Origin: Turneriella sp.
Lineage (GTDB): Bacteria > Spirochaetota > Leptospiria > Turneriellales > Turneriellaceae
Direction: 5' to 3'
DNA length: 64,000 nucleotides
Assembly (NCBI GenBank): GCA_965279515.1
Contig: CBDIID010000003.1
Coordinates: 4,384,001 to 4,448,000, forward strand
The translations under genes were made by a program, and so were the position numbers. Of the stretch, positions 28,933 through 38,157 are shown piece by piece. Position 1 is the first letter of the stretch; every line of letters starts with the position of its first letter. The notes beneath the pieces were generated by a model. That model did not search any database. It had not been told where the DNA came from and worked only from the letters and a program-made list of their open reading frames with translations.

Positions 28933-31284
28933 CTATTGGGTACGCACAAAACTTTCCCGGAACGGTTTTTTGCAGATCGTCGCGTCGCGGCAGGTAAGGA
29001 GGATAATATTCATCTGCGCGTCGGTTTTGCTGAGTTTGATGCCGTTGGCTTCGAGCGCACCGCTGCCCAAAGCATAGGTGCCCGTGAATTTTTTGGAACG
29101 CGTACCGACAGTCAGGTTTACTTCGACTGCATTTCCGGCAACCGAAACCGCCGCAGTGGCAAGCTCGCCATCCAGTATTTGCACGGGCGCCTGCCAGGTT
29201 CCGGCCAGCGAGGTCAGCACGGCATCACCGCCGCGGCGCGCAACAGAGGGATAGACTGCATTTTTTGAAGCCGCGACTGCCTGGGAGGGTGCGGATTCAG
29301 CCCCGGCTGTTGCCTTCGCGCGCACGTTGTAAAGCCACAACCCCGCCTCGTTGGGTAAATTTTCTGCAAATGACGCGGCTTTAGACGTGCCAGCGAGCTG
29401 ATAGCCGGCCTCACCGTGGCGCTTGCGGAAAATATAATACTCCGCTGCTCCCTGTACCGCTTTCCAGGAAATTTTAACTGTGTCGCCCGCCAGCGTGGCG
29501 CGAACATTCTGCGGCGGCTCGGGAATTTCTCCTGCGCGGGCAAGGTTGGGGTTTGTCCTGCCCCAGGCGGCGCGCGACGCCGTACCATACTCGCTGTCAT
29601 TGCCGGCGCGCAGCGAGTAGGCGAGGGATCTGCCGCCCTGCACGGCGTCGCCCGTGTCTTCATAAGAATTCGTTTTCACGCGGGCGACTTCATCCCAGCC
29701 TGTGCCGTTGAAACGCACAAGCCAGTAGCGCGTGGCGTTGGGTACTTTGTCCCATGTCAGTACGATTTTATCTTTGTACGTGGCCTGCGATGCACGAAAA
29801 TTTTCGACATCGCCAACCTTGCCGCCTTTCGCGCCGATGGTCACTGATTCCGAAGCCGAGCCGGTTTCAACTCCCTTCTGTGCGCTGACAGTGTAGGAAT
29901 TATCGCCGGGTTCAGGGCTTGTGTCGGTATAAGCATTGTTGCGTGCCGTGCCCAGCGTCTTCCACTCGCCGCTGGCTTTTTGTTGGCGGGAGACAACATA
30001 TTTATCCGCGGCAAATTGCGCAGACCATGAGAGCAGAATGCTGCCATTAGCGGAAAGCTCTCCTGTGAGGCCCGTTACCTGAACAGGCTTTACTGTCTGC
30101 GACGCGGTGAAGCCGCGCACGATAGCTGAGGGTGCGGAGTTCTCTTCGTCGCCGACCGCGATGACGCGATAATCAAAGGCAGTGTCCGCCGCCGCGCCCT
30201 CATCGGTAAAACGTGTCTCTTCGCTGTAGCCGATCGCCGTGAATGCGCCTGTGCCTGCGTCAGAGCGTTCGACCTGGTAACTCACGGCATTCGTGACACG
30301 CTGCCATGAGACAGAAATTTTATCCGGGAAGGCGCCCTGGCTGATGCGGACCCCCGCAGGTGGCCGTAACGTTTTGTCTGTCGGTGCCGGTGGCGCTCCG
30401 CCGCCATTACCATCCCAGTCGCGCAGCACGTAAGTTGCGTACAGGAACGTCGGCGCGAAATCATAGGAGATCCAGCCGAAACCCTGCGTGCCCCAGGCAT
30501 TGCCCGATGAATCCATGATTTTGAAAGCGCCGCGGTGCCCTTTAGGCGAACGTTTGCTGTCGTCGTAACCGACCATCACCATCGCATGCTGCGCGCGGCG
30601 CGCGGTGGCAAAGCCGTCGAGCACACCGTTGTTCTTGCAGCAGTTCCAGCGGTCGGGTCCCGAATAGACGCCGATGAGCAGTGGATATCCCTTTGCCAGT
30701 TCGGCTTTGATCGCGTTAATGTTGTTGGGCGGAATCGTCTCATAACTTTTCGCGCGGTACCGCTGCCCCAGCTGCTTTTGCGCGGCTGTCGGCTGTGTGC
30801 GGAAATCCTTCTGGTTATAGGGCATGTCTTTCCACGGCACGGCACCCTTTTGAATGAGGAGATCCAGCGCATGTGGCATATGCGCACCGCGGTCGCGGCC
30901 TTTGTTGATCTGGTTATACGTCCATGCCGGTGAAAAGACGTGTTCCCCCGAACCGCCCTGCTGCACGGGCGCTCCCAGGTCCCAGTTATTCTTACGTTTT
31001 TCGTGGTAGGTCTTCAGCGCATAGGTCGAGGCCCAGCCCACGCAGCTGCCCTGGTTACCCTGGTTGCCGGGTTGGGGAAAGTAGGGGGCAAGATCCACGG
31101 CGGATGGCAGGCCGCGCGGCGTGACCAGCACCGATTCGGCCAGCGGCACGCGCTCCATATCATCGAGTGACTCCATGAGGGCGCCTTCGGCCGGCACCGC
31201 ATCGGCGTCCTGGGTTGACAGCGGTGTCGGGTGGAACAGGGGAAGTATAAATACCGCAGGCAGCAGCAGAAACAACTTTCGCAT
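28933..31284 (-). CDS. Secreted papain-like (C1) cysteine peptidase with fibronectin type III repeats
   Basis: Signal peptide; QGNQGSCVGWA, HAMVMVGYDD, FKIMDSSG..WG; about 4 FN3 repeats. Confidence 0.88.
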   Translation of the reverse strand: MRKLFLLLPAVFILPLFHPTPLSTQDADAVPAEGALMESLDDMERVPLAESVLVTPRGLPSAVDLAPYFPQPGNQGNQGSCVGWASTYALKTYHEKRKNNWDLGAPVQQGGSGEHVFSPAWTYNQINKGRDRGAHMPHALDLLIQKGAVPWKDMPYNQKDFRTQPTAAQKQLGQRYRAKSYETIPPNNINAIKAELAKGYPLLIGVYSGPDRWNCCKNNGVLDGFATARRAQHAMVMVGYDDSKRSPKGHRGAFKIMDSSGNAWGTQGFGWISYDFAPTFLYATYVLRDWDGNGGGAPPAPTDKTLRPPAGVRISQGAFPDKISVSWQRVTNAVSYQVERSDAGTGAFTAIGYSEETRFTDEGAAADTAFDYRVIAVGDEENSAPSAIVRGFTASQTVKPVQVTGLTGELSANGSILLSWSAQFAADKYVVSRQQKASGEWKTLGTARNNAYTDTSPEPGDNSYTVSAQKGVETGSASESVTIGAKGGKVGDVENFRASQATYKDKIVLTWDKVPNATRYWLVRFNGTGWDEVARVKTNSYEDTGDAVQGGRSLAYSLRAGNDSEYGTASRAAWGRTNPNLARAGEIPEPPQNVRATLAGDTVKISWKAVQGAAEYYIFRKRHGEAGYQLAGTSKAASFAENLPNEAGLWLYNVRAKATAGAESAPSQAVAASKNAVYPSVARRGGDAVLTSLAGTWQAPVQILDGELATAAVSVAGNAVEVNLTVGTRSKKFTGTYALGSGALEANGIKLSKTDAQMNIILLTCRDATICKKPFRESFVRTQ

Positions 31285-31474
31285 GAGCTAGAATCAGGTG
31301 AGGGGGAGGTCCGCAAGTTCTTTTTGCCAGCCACAATGGCATATTTTTCTCATAAGACTTCCACAATTGTGACGAAAATCAAAAGTGGCTCTGGAACGGG
31401 TTTGTCCTTGACGTACTGACCAAAAAACCCGTTTTGGTTTTATGCGCCGCAAAATAAGCTTGCAGGGGTTTCCG

Positions 31475-32131
31475 ATGAAGACAGTCAAGAAAAGTATGCT
31501 TTTTAAGGTACTGGTCGCATTATGCGGTCTGCTACCCTTCCTTTATCCGGTTAACAGCCCCCAAAGTAGCGCATTACAAACCGAAGATCTGACTATTGTC
31601 GCGCTCGGCGACTCGATTACCTGGGGATATCCCAATGGTGAATCCTGGACTGAAATGGTTTCCAACGATACGGGTATCCGTATTATTAACCGCGGCGTCA
31701 GCGGAGCAACGCTCGACGACATGCTGCGTCGCATGAAAACCGATGTTATCCCCGTAAAACCTTCGATCTGCATCATCATGGGCGGCACCAACGATGCAAA
31801 CCGCGGCCGCACGACGCAGCAGATGATTGACAATATCCAAACCATGGCCAATGAGCTAATGGCGCGCGACATTATGCCTGTGATTGGTCTGCCGATACCG
31901 ATGGTGGAGCAAAAACCTGAAGAAAAGCTGCAAGACCTGCGCGAACGTATTATTTCGTCTGCATTCCTGACGATTGATTTTTCCCTCGACTTCGATGTGC
32001 CGCGCACTGAATTCCGTAAGTTAATTCCCGACGGTTTGCATCCCACACATGAAGGCAAAAAGATGATGGCAGAACGCCTCAAGAAAGAAATGCCGCGTAT
32101 TCTGGCGGCCTACGCCAAATTCCGCAAATAA
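31475..32131 (+). CDS. SGNH/GDSL hydrolase
   Basis: ALGDSIT, NRGVSG, GGTND, DGLHP. Confidence 0.9.
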   Translation: MKTVKKSMLFKVLVALCGLLPFLYPVNSPQSSALQTEDLTIVALGDSITWGYPNGESWTEMVSNDTGIRIINRGVSGATLDDMLRRMKTDVIPVKPSICIIMGGTNDANRGRTTQQMIDNIQTMANELMARDIMPVIGLPIPMVEQKPEEKLQDLRERIISSAFLTIDFSLDFDVPRTEFRKLIPDGLHPTHEGKKMMAERLKKEMPRILAAYAKFRK

Positions 32132-32138
32132 AAAACTG

Positions 32139-32222
32139 TGCCCAAAGGGGGACTTGAACCCCCACGAGGTTGCCCTCACTAGTACCTGAAACTAGCGCGT
32201 ATACCAATTCCGCCATCTGGGC
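32139..32222 (-). tRNA. tRNA-Leu(CAG)
   Basis: Reverse complement GCCCAGATGGCGGAATTGGTATACGCGCTAGTTTCAGGTACTAGTGAGGGCAACCTCGTGGGGGTTCAAGTCCCCCTTTGGGCA; anticodon CAG, long variable arm, CCA not encoded. Confidence 0.96.
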
Positions 32223-32289
32223 AGCGGTGTCGATAGGCACTGAATGCACCCACCGGCAGTAAATCCTTGTTTTTGAGACAGGCCGTCAA

Positions 32290-33036
32290 TCAGTTGGCGA
32301 AACTGACGGCACCAATCGCCTCGTGGATGGCCTGGCGTACCTGCAGGTCTGTTTCTACCTGGAAGGCGCGCTCGAGATCACCCAAAGTCTCTTTATTCTT
32401 ATAATCACCGAGTATCTCTGCTGCGCGCAGGCGCGCCGCGCGGTCTGAACTCAGGAGAATCTTGCTGAGCGCAAGCGCATGTTCGACTTTTCCGGCCTCA
32501 TGCTGCAGCACGGTATTCAGCATTTCAGCACGGGTATAGTCGTCTTTTTCGCCGGCGATTTTACCGGCAACCTCTGCCGAAGCCGCCTTATCGTTGATGT
32601 CAAAGAGGGCGCGCGCGGCCTGGCGGCGCAGCAGGGTCTCTTTGTCGGTGAGAAAGGGTGAAATCGTCTTAATGTCAGCCTTGTTAGCTATACTCCCCAG
32701 CGCGCGTATGGTGGCGCCCTTGACGAAGACATCTTGCTCTTTGGCCAGCAGTGCCAGCAAGGGCTCGCGCGCCTCGGGTGCTTTCAGGCGGCCTAAAGCA
32801 TTGGCACTTTCACGGCGCAGCGTGGCGTTTTCTTTGCCGTCTTTTTTCAGGTGTTCGATGATCGGGTAGACGCAAGTGTGTATCTTGCTCACCGCGCACT
32901 CACGTATGGCGTGCATCTGGCGGCTCTCGCTGTCTTGCCCGGCCTCAAAGGCGCGCTTGGTATGGTATTCGCCCCGTGTTTCGGCATAGAGGGCCGCCGC
33001 GAGCGATGTGACAATAAAAAATAAGGTCCGTTTCAT
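32290..33036 (-). CDS. Exported HEAT-repeat protein
   Basis: Start MKRTLFFIV (signal peptide); repeats LRRESANALG, VKGATIRALG, LRRQAARAL, ARLRAAEILG. Confidence 0.85.
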   Translation of the reverse strand: MKRTLFFIVTSLAAALYAETRGEYHTKRAFEAGQDSESRQMHAIRECAVSKIHTCVYPIIEHLKKDGKENATLRRESANALGRLKAPEAREPLLALLAKEQDVFVKGATIRALGSIANKADIKTISPFLTDKETLLRRQAARALFDINDKAASAEVAGKIAGEKDDYTRAEMLNTVLQHEAGKVEHALALSKILLSSDRAARLRAAEILGDYKNKETLGDLERAFQVETDLQVRQAIHEAIGAVSFAN

Positions 33037-33133
33037 GCCACGAACTACGACAATGCGGCGCGCCGTCAACGGTTTACCGGGGTGGCCACGCGGAAATGTC
33101 TTGCCGCCGTCCCTGTGGGAGAAAACATCGGGT

Positions 33134-33787
33134 GTGCTGCGTGCGCGCTTTTGGTTATGGGTCATCGTTTTCGCAGGTTGCGCTGAAAATCGCCTGCGCA
33201 CGTTTATGCTTATCCAGACGCCGGGTGCCGCGGCGGAACGGAAGGATAAGAAAAAGGGCGAGATTGAACTTTCACCGAAGCCCCTGCGCCTAACGATGAT
33301 CGCCCCGGAGAGCGAAGATCTCGAAAATCTCGCGGAGGACTTAAAGCTGGCTGCGCCGGCAAAATACCACCGGCTGCCCCCACTGACATTCCTGCGTTTT
33401 GAATTCGAAAACAAGACGGCGCTGCACTGGAAACTCGATCTCGCCGGGGCGTCGTTCACAGAGCCCAATGGAAAAGTTTACAAGGCGGTTGCGGCGAAAG
33501 AGTATGCGGAGCGCTTTACCTCCGTTGCTTACGACCACTTCCGTTATGATGCGATGTATTCCGCGTATATCACGAAGCATGATAACCAGGTGCCCAAAGA
33601 ATCATTCTGGTTTGAAAAAGCGCCTCCGCACGAGGCCGTTGTTTTGCGCCGCGGGGATGCAGGGTTTCAGATTATACCGTTTGAATTTATTCCCGCGGGT
33701 GTGCAGGATCTCACCTTTCGATATCCCATCGACGATAAGAATTTCCGCGAACTGAAAATCCGCCTCAATACGGAACGGAGTTCCTGA
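33134..33787 (+). CDS. Hypothetical lipoprotein
   Basis: GTG start gives VLRARFWLWVIVFAGC lipoprotein signal; the longer track ORF overlaps the divergent gene. Confidence 0.65.
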   Translation: MLRARFWLWVIVFAGCAENRLRTFMLIQTPGAAAERKDKKKGEIELSPKPLRLTMIAPESEDLENLAEDLKLAAPAKYHRLPPLTFLRFEFENKTALHWKLDLAGASFTEPNGKVYKAVAAKEYAERFTSVAYDHFRYDAMYSAYITKHDNQVPKESFWFEKAPPHEAVVLRRGDAGFQIIPFEFIPAGVQDLTFRYPIDDKNFRELKIRLNTERSS

Positions 33788-33813
33788 AGCAATTGTGATG
33801 AGTTAACCGAACC

Positions 33814-34431
33814 ATGGAAATCCGCCTCATCATTTTTACTGCTCTCGTTTTGGCAGCCGTGCTGACAAAACTTCTCTGGCCGCGCGCATATAATATTTTC
33901 AAACTTTTGCCGCTGCTCTTCATTCTCGCGCTGGCTTTTCTCAGGCCACAAAATATCAATACGTTATGGCTGGCGGCGATTTCGTTTGGCCTTGCCGGTG
34001 ATGCGATACTGCTCAGCGATAAGGGCTTTGTGCCCGGGCTATTAAGTTTTCTCATCGGGCATATTTTTTACATTTTCGCATTTGCGCGCGAAGGCGGAGG
34101 GCTTTATTATACGCCGCCTTTAATACTCGGTGTGGGTTCTATCATCATAGGAGTTTCTGCCTATTTTACAAAACGCCTGTTGCAATCGCGCCAGAGAAAA
34201 TACATCCTGCCTGTAATCATTTACACCTTTATTTCCGGGCTTTTTGTGATGAATGCATTTCGTTTTCCGATTTTGTCGGCCGCGGTTTGCGCAGCGGTGA
34301 GTTTTGGCGTGTCAGATTTTTTGTTGGCTTTTAACAAGTTCATTCGTCCAAGTTGGTATGTGCAGGCGGGAGTATCACTCACCTACTATGGGGCACAGTG
34401 GCTGCTCGCGCTGCATTTTCGATCTCTCTAA
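33814..34431 (+). CDS. Lysoplasmalogenase (YhhN) family membrane protein
   Basis: GDAILL, GLLSFLIGHIFY, SDFLLA, LTYYGAQ. Confidence 0.85.
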   Translation: MEIRLIIFTALVLAAVLTKLLWPRAYNIFKLLPLLFILALAFLRPQNINTLWLAAISFGLAGDAILLSDKGFVPGLLSFLIGHIFYIFAFAREGGGLYYTPPLILGVGSIIIGVSAYFTKRLLQSRQRKYILPVIIYTFISGLFVMNAFRFPILSAAVCAAVSFGVSDFLLAFNKFIRPSWYVQAGVSLTYYGAQWLLALHFRSL

Positions 34432-34473
34432 AAGAGACGAACAACCGAACAATGCGATTTAGGGGGATTTAAA

Positions 34474-34794
34474 ATGGAGCATGTACGTATCACTCGTGTG
34501 CAGGTATTCCCGCAGGTAGACGGCAAGAATACCCTGGGTTATGCCCACGTGACACTTTCAGACGCTTTCGTCGTCAAAAATCTACGCCTCGTGAAAGGCC
34601 GTAAGGGAGTATTTATCGGCATGCCGTCTTTTCGCCTGAGAAACGGCGAATACGCGGATGTCTTTTTCCCGGTTTCCCGCGAAGCGCGCTCACTGCTCAC
34701 CGAAGCGGTGGTCAACGCCTTCCGCGACGAGCATCCTGAAATTATGGAAGGCCTCGAGGTCTATGACGCGGACTCAGCGGCGGTACCGGCTTAA
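34474..34794 (+). CDS. spoVG: SpoVG family nucleic-acid-binding protein
   Basis: ITRVQV..AHVTLSDAFVVKNLRLVKGRKGVFIGMPS..GEYADVFFPV. Confidence 0.88.
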   Translation: MEHVRITRVQVFPQVDGKNTLGYAHVTLSDAFVVKNLRLVKGRKGVFIGMPSFRLRNGEYADVFFPVSREARSLLTEAVVNAFRDEHPEIMEGLEVYDADSAAVPA

Positions 34795-34929
34795 TGCCGG
34801 TTTTGCGCACCTGTGACGCGGTAAAATAAGCGCCATCCGGTCGTATAAAATAGATTTTTACGTCCGGAGTCGCTTTTCCACACGTATCCTAAGGGGCGTC
34901 TTCAAGGCGTTCCACAGGAGACAATACAA

Positions 34930-35256
34930 ATGAAGAAAGTTTCAATGATTCTCGTAGCCGTTGCTTTTGCAGTAACAGGTATCTCAGCTGGCAAAATGGG
35001 CACAGCAGAGAAAGAATGCCGTAAGAAAGCAGACGAAGCGTTTGCAAGCGCAAAAACAGCGCATAAAGACGGTCTGAAAGATTGCAAAACTAAAAAAGGC
35101 CAAGAGAAGAAAGATTGCAACAAAAATGTGAACGACGCTTTCAAAGAAGCGAAAAAAGCGAAAGACGAAGCATACAAACAGTGCAAGTCACTCGCTAGCG
35201 TTCCAGAAGTTCCGTCTGTTCCAGGCGCACCTTCTATCCCAGGCATGGGAAAATAA
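34930..35256 (+). CDS. Small secreted Lys-rich helical protein with two Cys-bounded repeats
   Basis: SD CAGGAG, signal peptide, own terminator. Confidence 0.8.
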   Translation: MKKVSMILVAVAFAVTGISAGKMGTAEKECRKKADEAFASAKTAHKDGLKDCKTKKGQEKKDCNKNVNDAFKEAKKAKDEAYKQCKSLASVPEVPSVPGAPSIPGMGK

Positions 35257-35266
35257 TTTCCCTTCG

Positions 35267-35297
35267 AAACATCCCGGTAATACCGGGATGTTTTTTT
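35267..35297 (+). terminator. Rho-independent terminator
   Basis: AAACATCCCGGT-AAT-ACCGGGATGTTTTTTT. Confidence 0.85.
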
Positions 35298-35474
35298 CTT
35301 TCATCCTCGTAATTTTACTCCCGGTCTTCTTCCTCCTTATCGTCCAACGTTTTTAAATCAGGCTCTTTTCGGCTTCGCCGCAATTTTGGTAATATTCTTT
35401 CCAATCTGACCATTGCAGGTTAACCATGTAGTGATGAACTCCAATATAATAGTAGATTCTTTATTCTTTATAAA

Positions 35475-35494
35475 AAAGGATCGTTTTATCCTTT
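35475..35494. promoter_or_regulatory. Palindromic operator upstream of the cco cluster
   Basis: AAAGGAT-N6-ATCCTTT, downstream of TATAAT (35445-35450). Confidence 0.5.
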
Positions 35495-35527
35495 ACTGAT
35501 TGTGACGGCTTTTTTCTTGGTCTTAGC

Positions 35528-37939
35528 ATGGTGGCGGGAATCATCACGACGGATAAGGCAGCCATAACCCAGTGCGCACACTGTGGTGCGGCCGGAGCTG
35601 CCATTGTCATACAGCAAAAACATTTTTGTTGCGAAGGCTGTAGTCGTGTCTACGCGATACTTAAGGAACAGAACCTGCTCGGGTATTATGACTTCCCGGC
35701 CAACAATCTCGAATCGCTGAAAGATCGTCCCGCCGCAGACTTTGGTTATTGCGACGGTGACTGGTTCAGGCGTACGTTCACCACCCCTGCGGGTAATGGC
35801 GCCTATTCGATCAGGCTCAGGCTGCCGGCAATCCATTGCGCCGCCTGCGTGTGGCTCCTTGAAAAGCTGCCAGAGATGCTGCCTGGCGTTACGGCTGCGC
35901 GCATTAATTATCTCGCCAAAGAAATACAGCTCACAGCCACCGAGTCTCTCAGTACGGGCAAGCTGATCCAATTCATCGCTGAGCTCGGGTATACTCCCGA
36001 TTTTTCCCCCGAGTCGCCGCGCCGGCGTGCGCTTTCGGCTTACGATAAAGGCTTACTCAAGCGTATGGCGGTTGCCGCATTCGGTTTTGGTAACGCGATG
36101 CTGTTTAGCTTTCCGGAGTATTTTTCAGAACGTCTTGAGGGACGTTTCCAGCTGACCTTCATGGTCCTCAATGTCGCACTTTCTTCTTTCGTATTGATCT
36201 ATTCCGCCGGTGAATTTTTTAGCAATGCGTTCCGCGCGCTGCGCCGCAGGAAAATTATCCTCGATCTGCCCATTGCGGTCGGCATCACGGCGATGTTCGC
36301 GCGCAGCCTGATCGAAATCGTGCGCGGCGTGAGCTCGGGTTATTTCGACACTTTTGCCGGGCTGATCTTTTTCCTGCTCATCGGTCGTTATGTGCAGAGC
36401 CGCTCGTACAGCTGGCTGAACTTTGAACGCGACAATTTGCTCTTTCTGCCTTTGGCGGTGCGCGTGCGTAAAGACGGCGTTGAGCAGATCTCTCCGGTGC
36501 AGGGCCTCGTGCGCGGAGATACGGTAAGGCTTCTGAACGGTGAAATTGCGCCGACACGCTGCCGCCTGTTGTCAGCCGACGGTGCCGCTGATTATGCTTT
36601 TACGACGGGTGAGTCCATGCCGGTGCAGCTCAAAGCCGGCGATTATTTTGAAGCCGGCGGCAGGGTAGTGGGTCATTCACTCGAACTCGAAGTCATCGAA
36701 GAAGTCGATCAGGCACGCATCAACCGCATCTGGGAAGAAGCGGGCACGCAGGCCGTCGAATTCCAAAAAGAGAGTTCATTCGCCGATAAGGTGCTTCCCT
36801 GGTTTACAGGCGCAGTCGCCGCGACTGCGCTCGGGGGACTTTTTTACTGGCTGGGCAGTGATTCTGCTAAGGCCTGGAATGCATTTTCTGCAGTGCTCGT
36901 CATCACCTGCCCCTGCGCCCTGGCGATGGCCAAACCATTTTCATTCTTTACTACGCAGAGCGTTCTCGGCCGGGCAGGCCTTTTCCTTAAGGGCGCGGCA
37001 GTCGTGGAAAAATTCTTTTCGGTTAAAAACATTGTTTTTGATAAGACTGGCACGCTGACGAACTCCGGCGCGTACGATACATCGTTTACACCCGCGGCAG
37101 AACCACTGCAGGAAAATCACGCAGCGGCGCTGAAAGCGCTCGCCAACCAGTCTTCGCATCCGCTGAGCCGTGCCATCCATGCCTATTTACCGCAGGCCGA
37201 GGCGGCCGTTGACGGCTTTACCGAGAAGCCGGGCCATGGCCTTGCGGGCCGCGTCGCCGGCCATGACTACCTGCTCGGTTCGGCGGCCTGGCTTTCGGGT
37301 CAGGGCATTGCCGTTGTGGCCGTTGCCGATTCAGGCAGCAATGTCTTTGCGGCGGTCGACGGCCGCTTTCTCGGCCGTTTTTTGATCCAGAACCGTTCGC
37401 GGGAAAACCTCCAGCAAACTGTATCGAAGCTTACCCCGGCATACAACCTCGCCCTGGTATCGGGCGACAGCGAGCGCGAACGGGGCCGCTTCGAACAGAT
37501 TTTCCCCGCGGGATCAGAGATTCATTTTAATGCATCACCCGAAGCGAAGGCAGAAATTATCCGCCAGACTTCGCTGCGCGGCAAGACGATGATGATCGGC
37601 GACGGCCTGAACGATGCCGATGCGCTCAGGGCTGCTGATCTGGGAATAGCCATCAGCGAAAACCAGGCAAACTTTTCCCCGGCAAGCGATGCAATTCTCG
37701 CCGCGCGCTCGTTCGGCCTGTTGCCCCGCCTTCTGAAACAGGCGCGGCAGGCAAAAACTACGGCAATTGCGGCATACATGATTTCCTTAGGCTACAACAT
37801 CTTTGGCGTCAGTGTCGCTCTCAAAGGCGACCTGACGCCGCTTTTCTGCGCGGTGCTCATGCCATTGAGTTCCCTGAGTGTCATCAGCTTCACGTTTCTT
37901 TCGGCCCGCCTCGGGGCACGGTTCAGGGGGCTGGTCTGA
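35528..37939 (+). CDS. ccoI: Cu-translocating P1B ATPase for cbb3 assembly (CcoI/FixI)
   Basis: CAHCG..FCCEGC, IHCAACVW, TGES, CPCAL, DKTGT, GDGLND. Confidence 0.9.
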   Translation: MVAGIITTDKAAITQCAHCGAAGAAIVIQQKHFCCEGCSRVYAILKEQNLLGYYDFPANNLESLKDRPAADFGYCDGDWFRRTFTTPAGNGAYSIRLRLPAIHCAACVWLLEKLPEMLPGVTAARINYLAKEIQLTATESLSTGKLIQFIAELGYTPDFSPESPRRRALSAYDKGLLKRMAVAAFGFGNAMLFSFPEYFSERLEGRFQLTFMVLNVALSSFVLIYSAGEFFSNAFRALRRRKIILDLPIAVGITAMFARSLIEIVRGVSSGYFDTFAGLIFFLLIGRYVQSRSYSWLNFERDNLLFLPLAVRVRKDGVEQISPVQGLVRGDTVRLLNGEIAPTRCRLLSADGAADYAFTTGESMPVQLKAGDYFEAGGRVVGHSLELEVIEEVDQARINRIWEEAGTQAVEFQKESSFADKVLPWFTGAVAATALGGLFYWLGSDSAKAWNAFSAVLVITCPCALAMAKPFSFFTTQSVLGRAGLFLKGAAVVEKFFSVKNIVFDKTGTLTNSGAYDTSFTPAAEPLQENHAAALKALANQSSHPLSRAIHAYLPQAEAAVDGFTEKPGHGLAGRVAGHDYLLGSAAWLSGQGIAVVAVADSGSNVFAAVDGRFLGRFLIQNRSRENLQQTVSKLTPAYNLALVSGDSERERGRFEQIFPAGSEIHFNASPEAKAEIIRQTSLRGKTMMIGDGLNDADALRAADLGIAISENQANFSPASDAILAARSFGLLPRLLKQARQAKTTAIAAYMISLGYNIFGVSVALKGDLTPLFCAVLMPLSSLSVISFTFLSARLGARFRGLV

Positions 37940-38157
37940 TGGAGGCACTGTTTATCCTCCTCATATTCAGTCTCATACTCGGCGTCGGGTTTCTGGCCGC
38001 ATTTTTCTGGGCGCAGCGCAACGGGCAGTTTGAGGATACGGAAACGCCGGCAATGCGCATGCTGTTCGATGAAGCCGACGCCGAAAGAGAAAAGACGCTG
38101 CAACGCAATATATCTTCCCTTCAGAAAACAAAAACAGGAGATTATCATGGCAGGTGA
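37939..38157 (+). CDS. ccoS: cbb3 oxidase maturation protein CcoS
   Basis: FFWAQRNGQFEDTETPAMRMLFD. Confidence 0.88.
   Translation: MEALFILLIFSLILGVGFLAAFFWAQRNGQFEDTETPAMRMLFDEADAEREKTLQRNISSLQKTKTGDYHGR

Noticed and set aside
32139..32222. tRNA-Leu as a genomic island integration site
   Set aside because: No duplicated tRNA 3' end or integrase was seen nearby
33037..33468. N-terminal extension of the 392-aa HEAT ORF
   Set aside because: Antisense shadow of the divergent lipoprotein gene; the signal peptide begins at 33036
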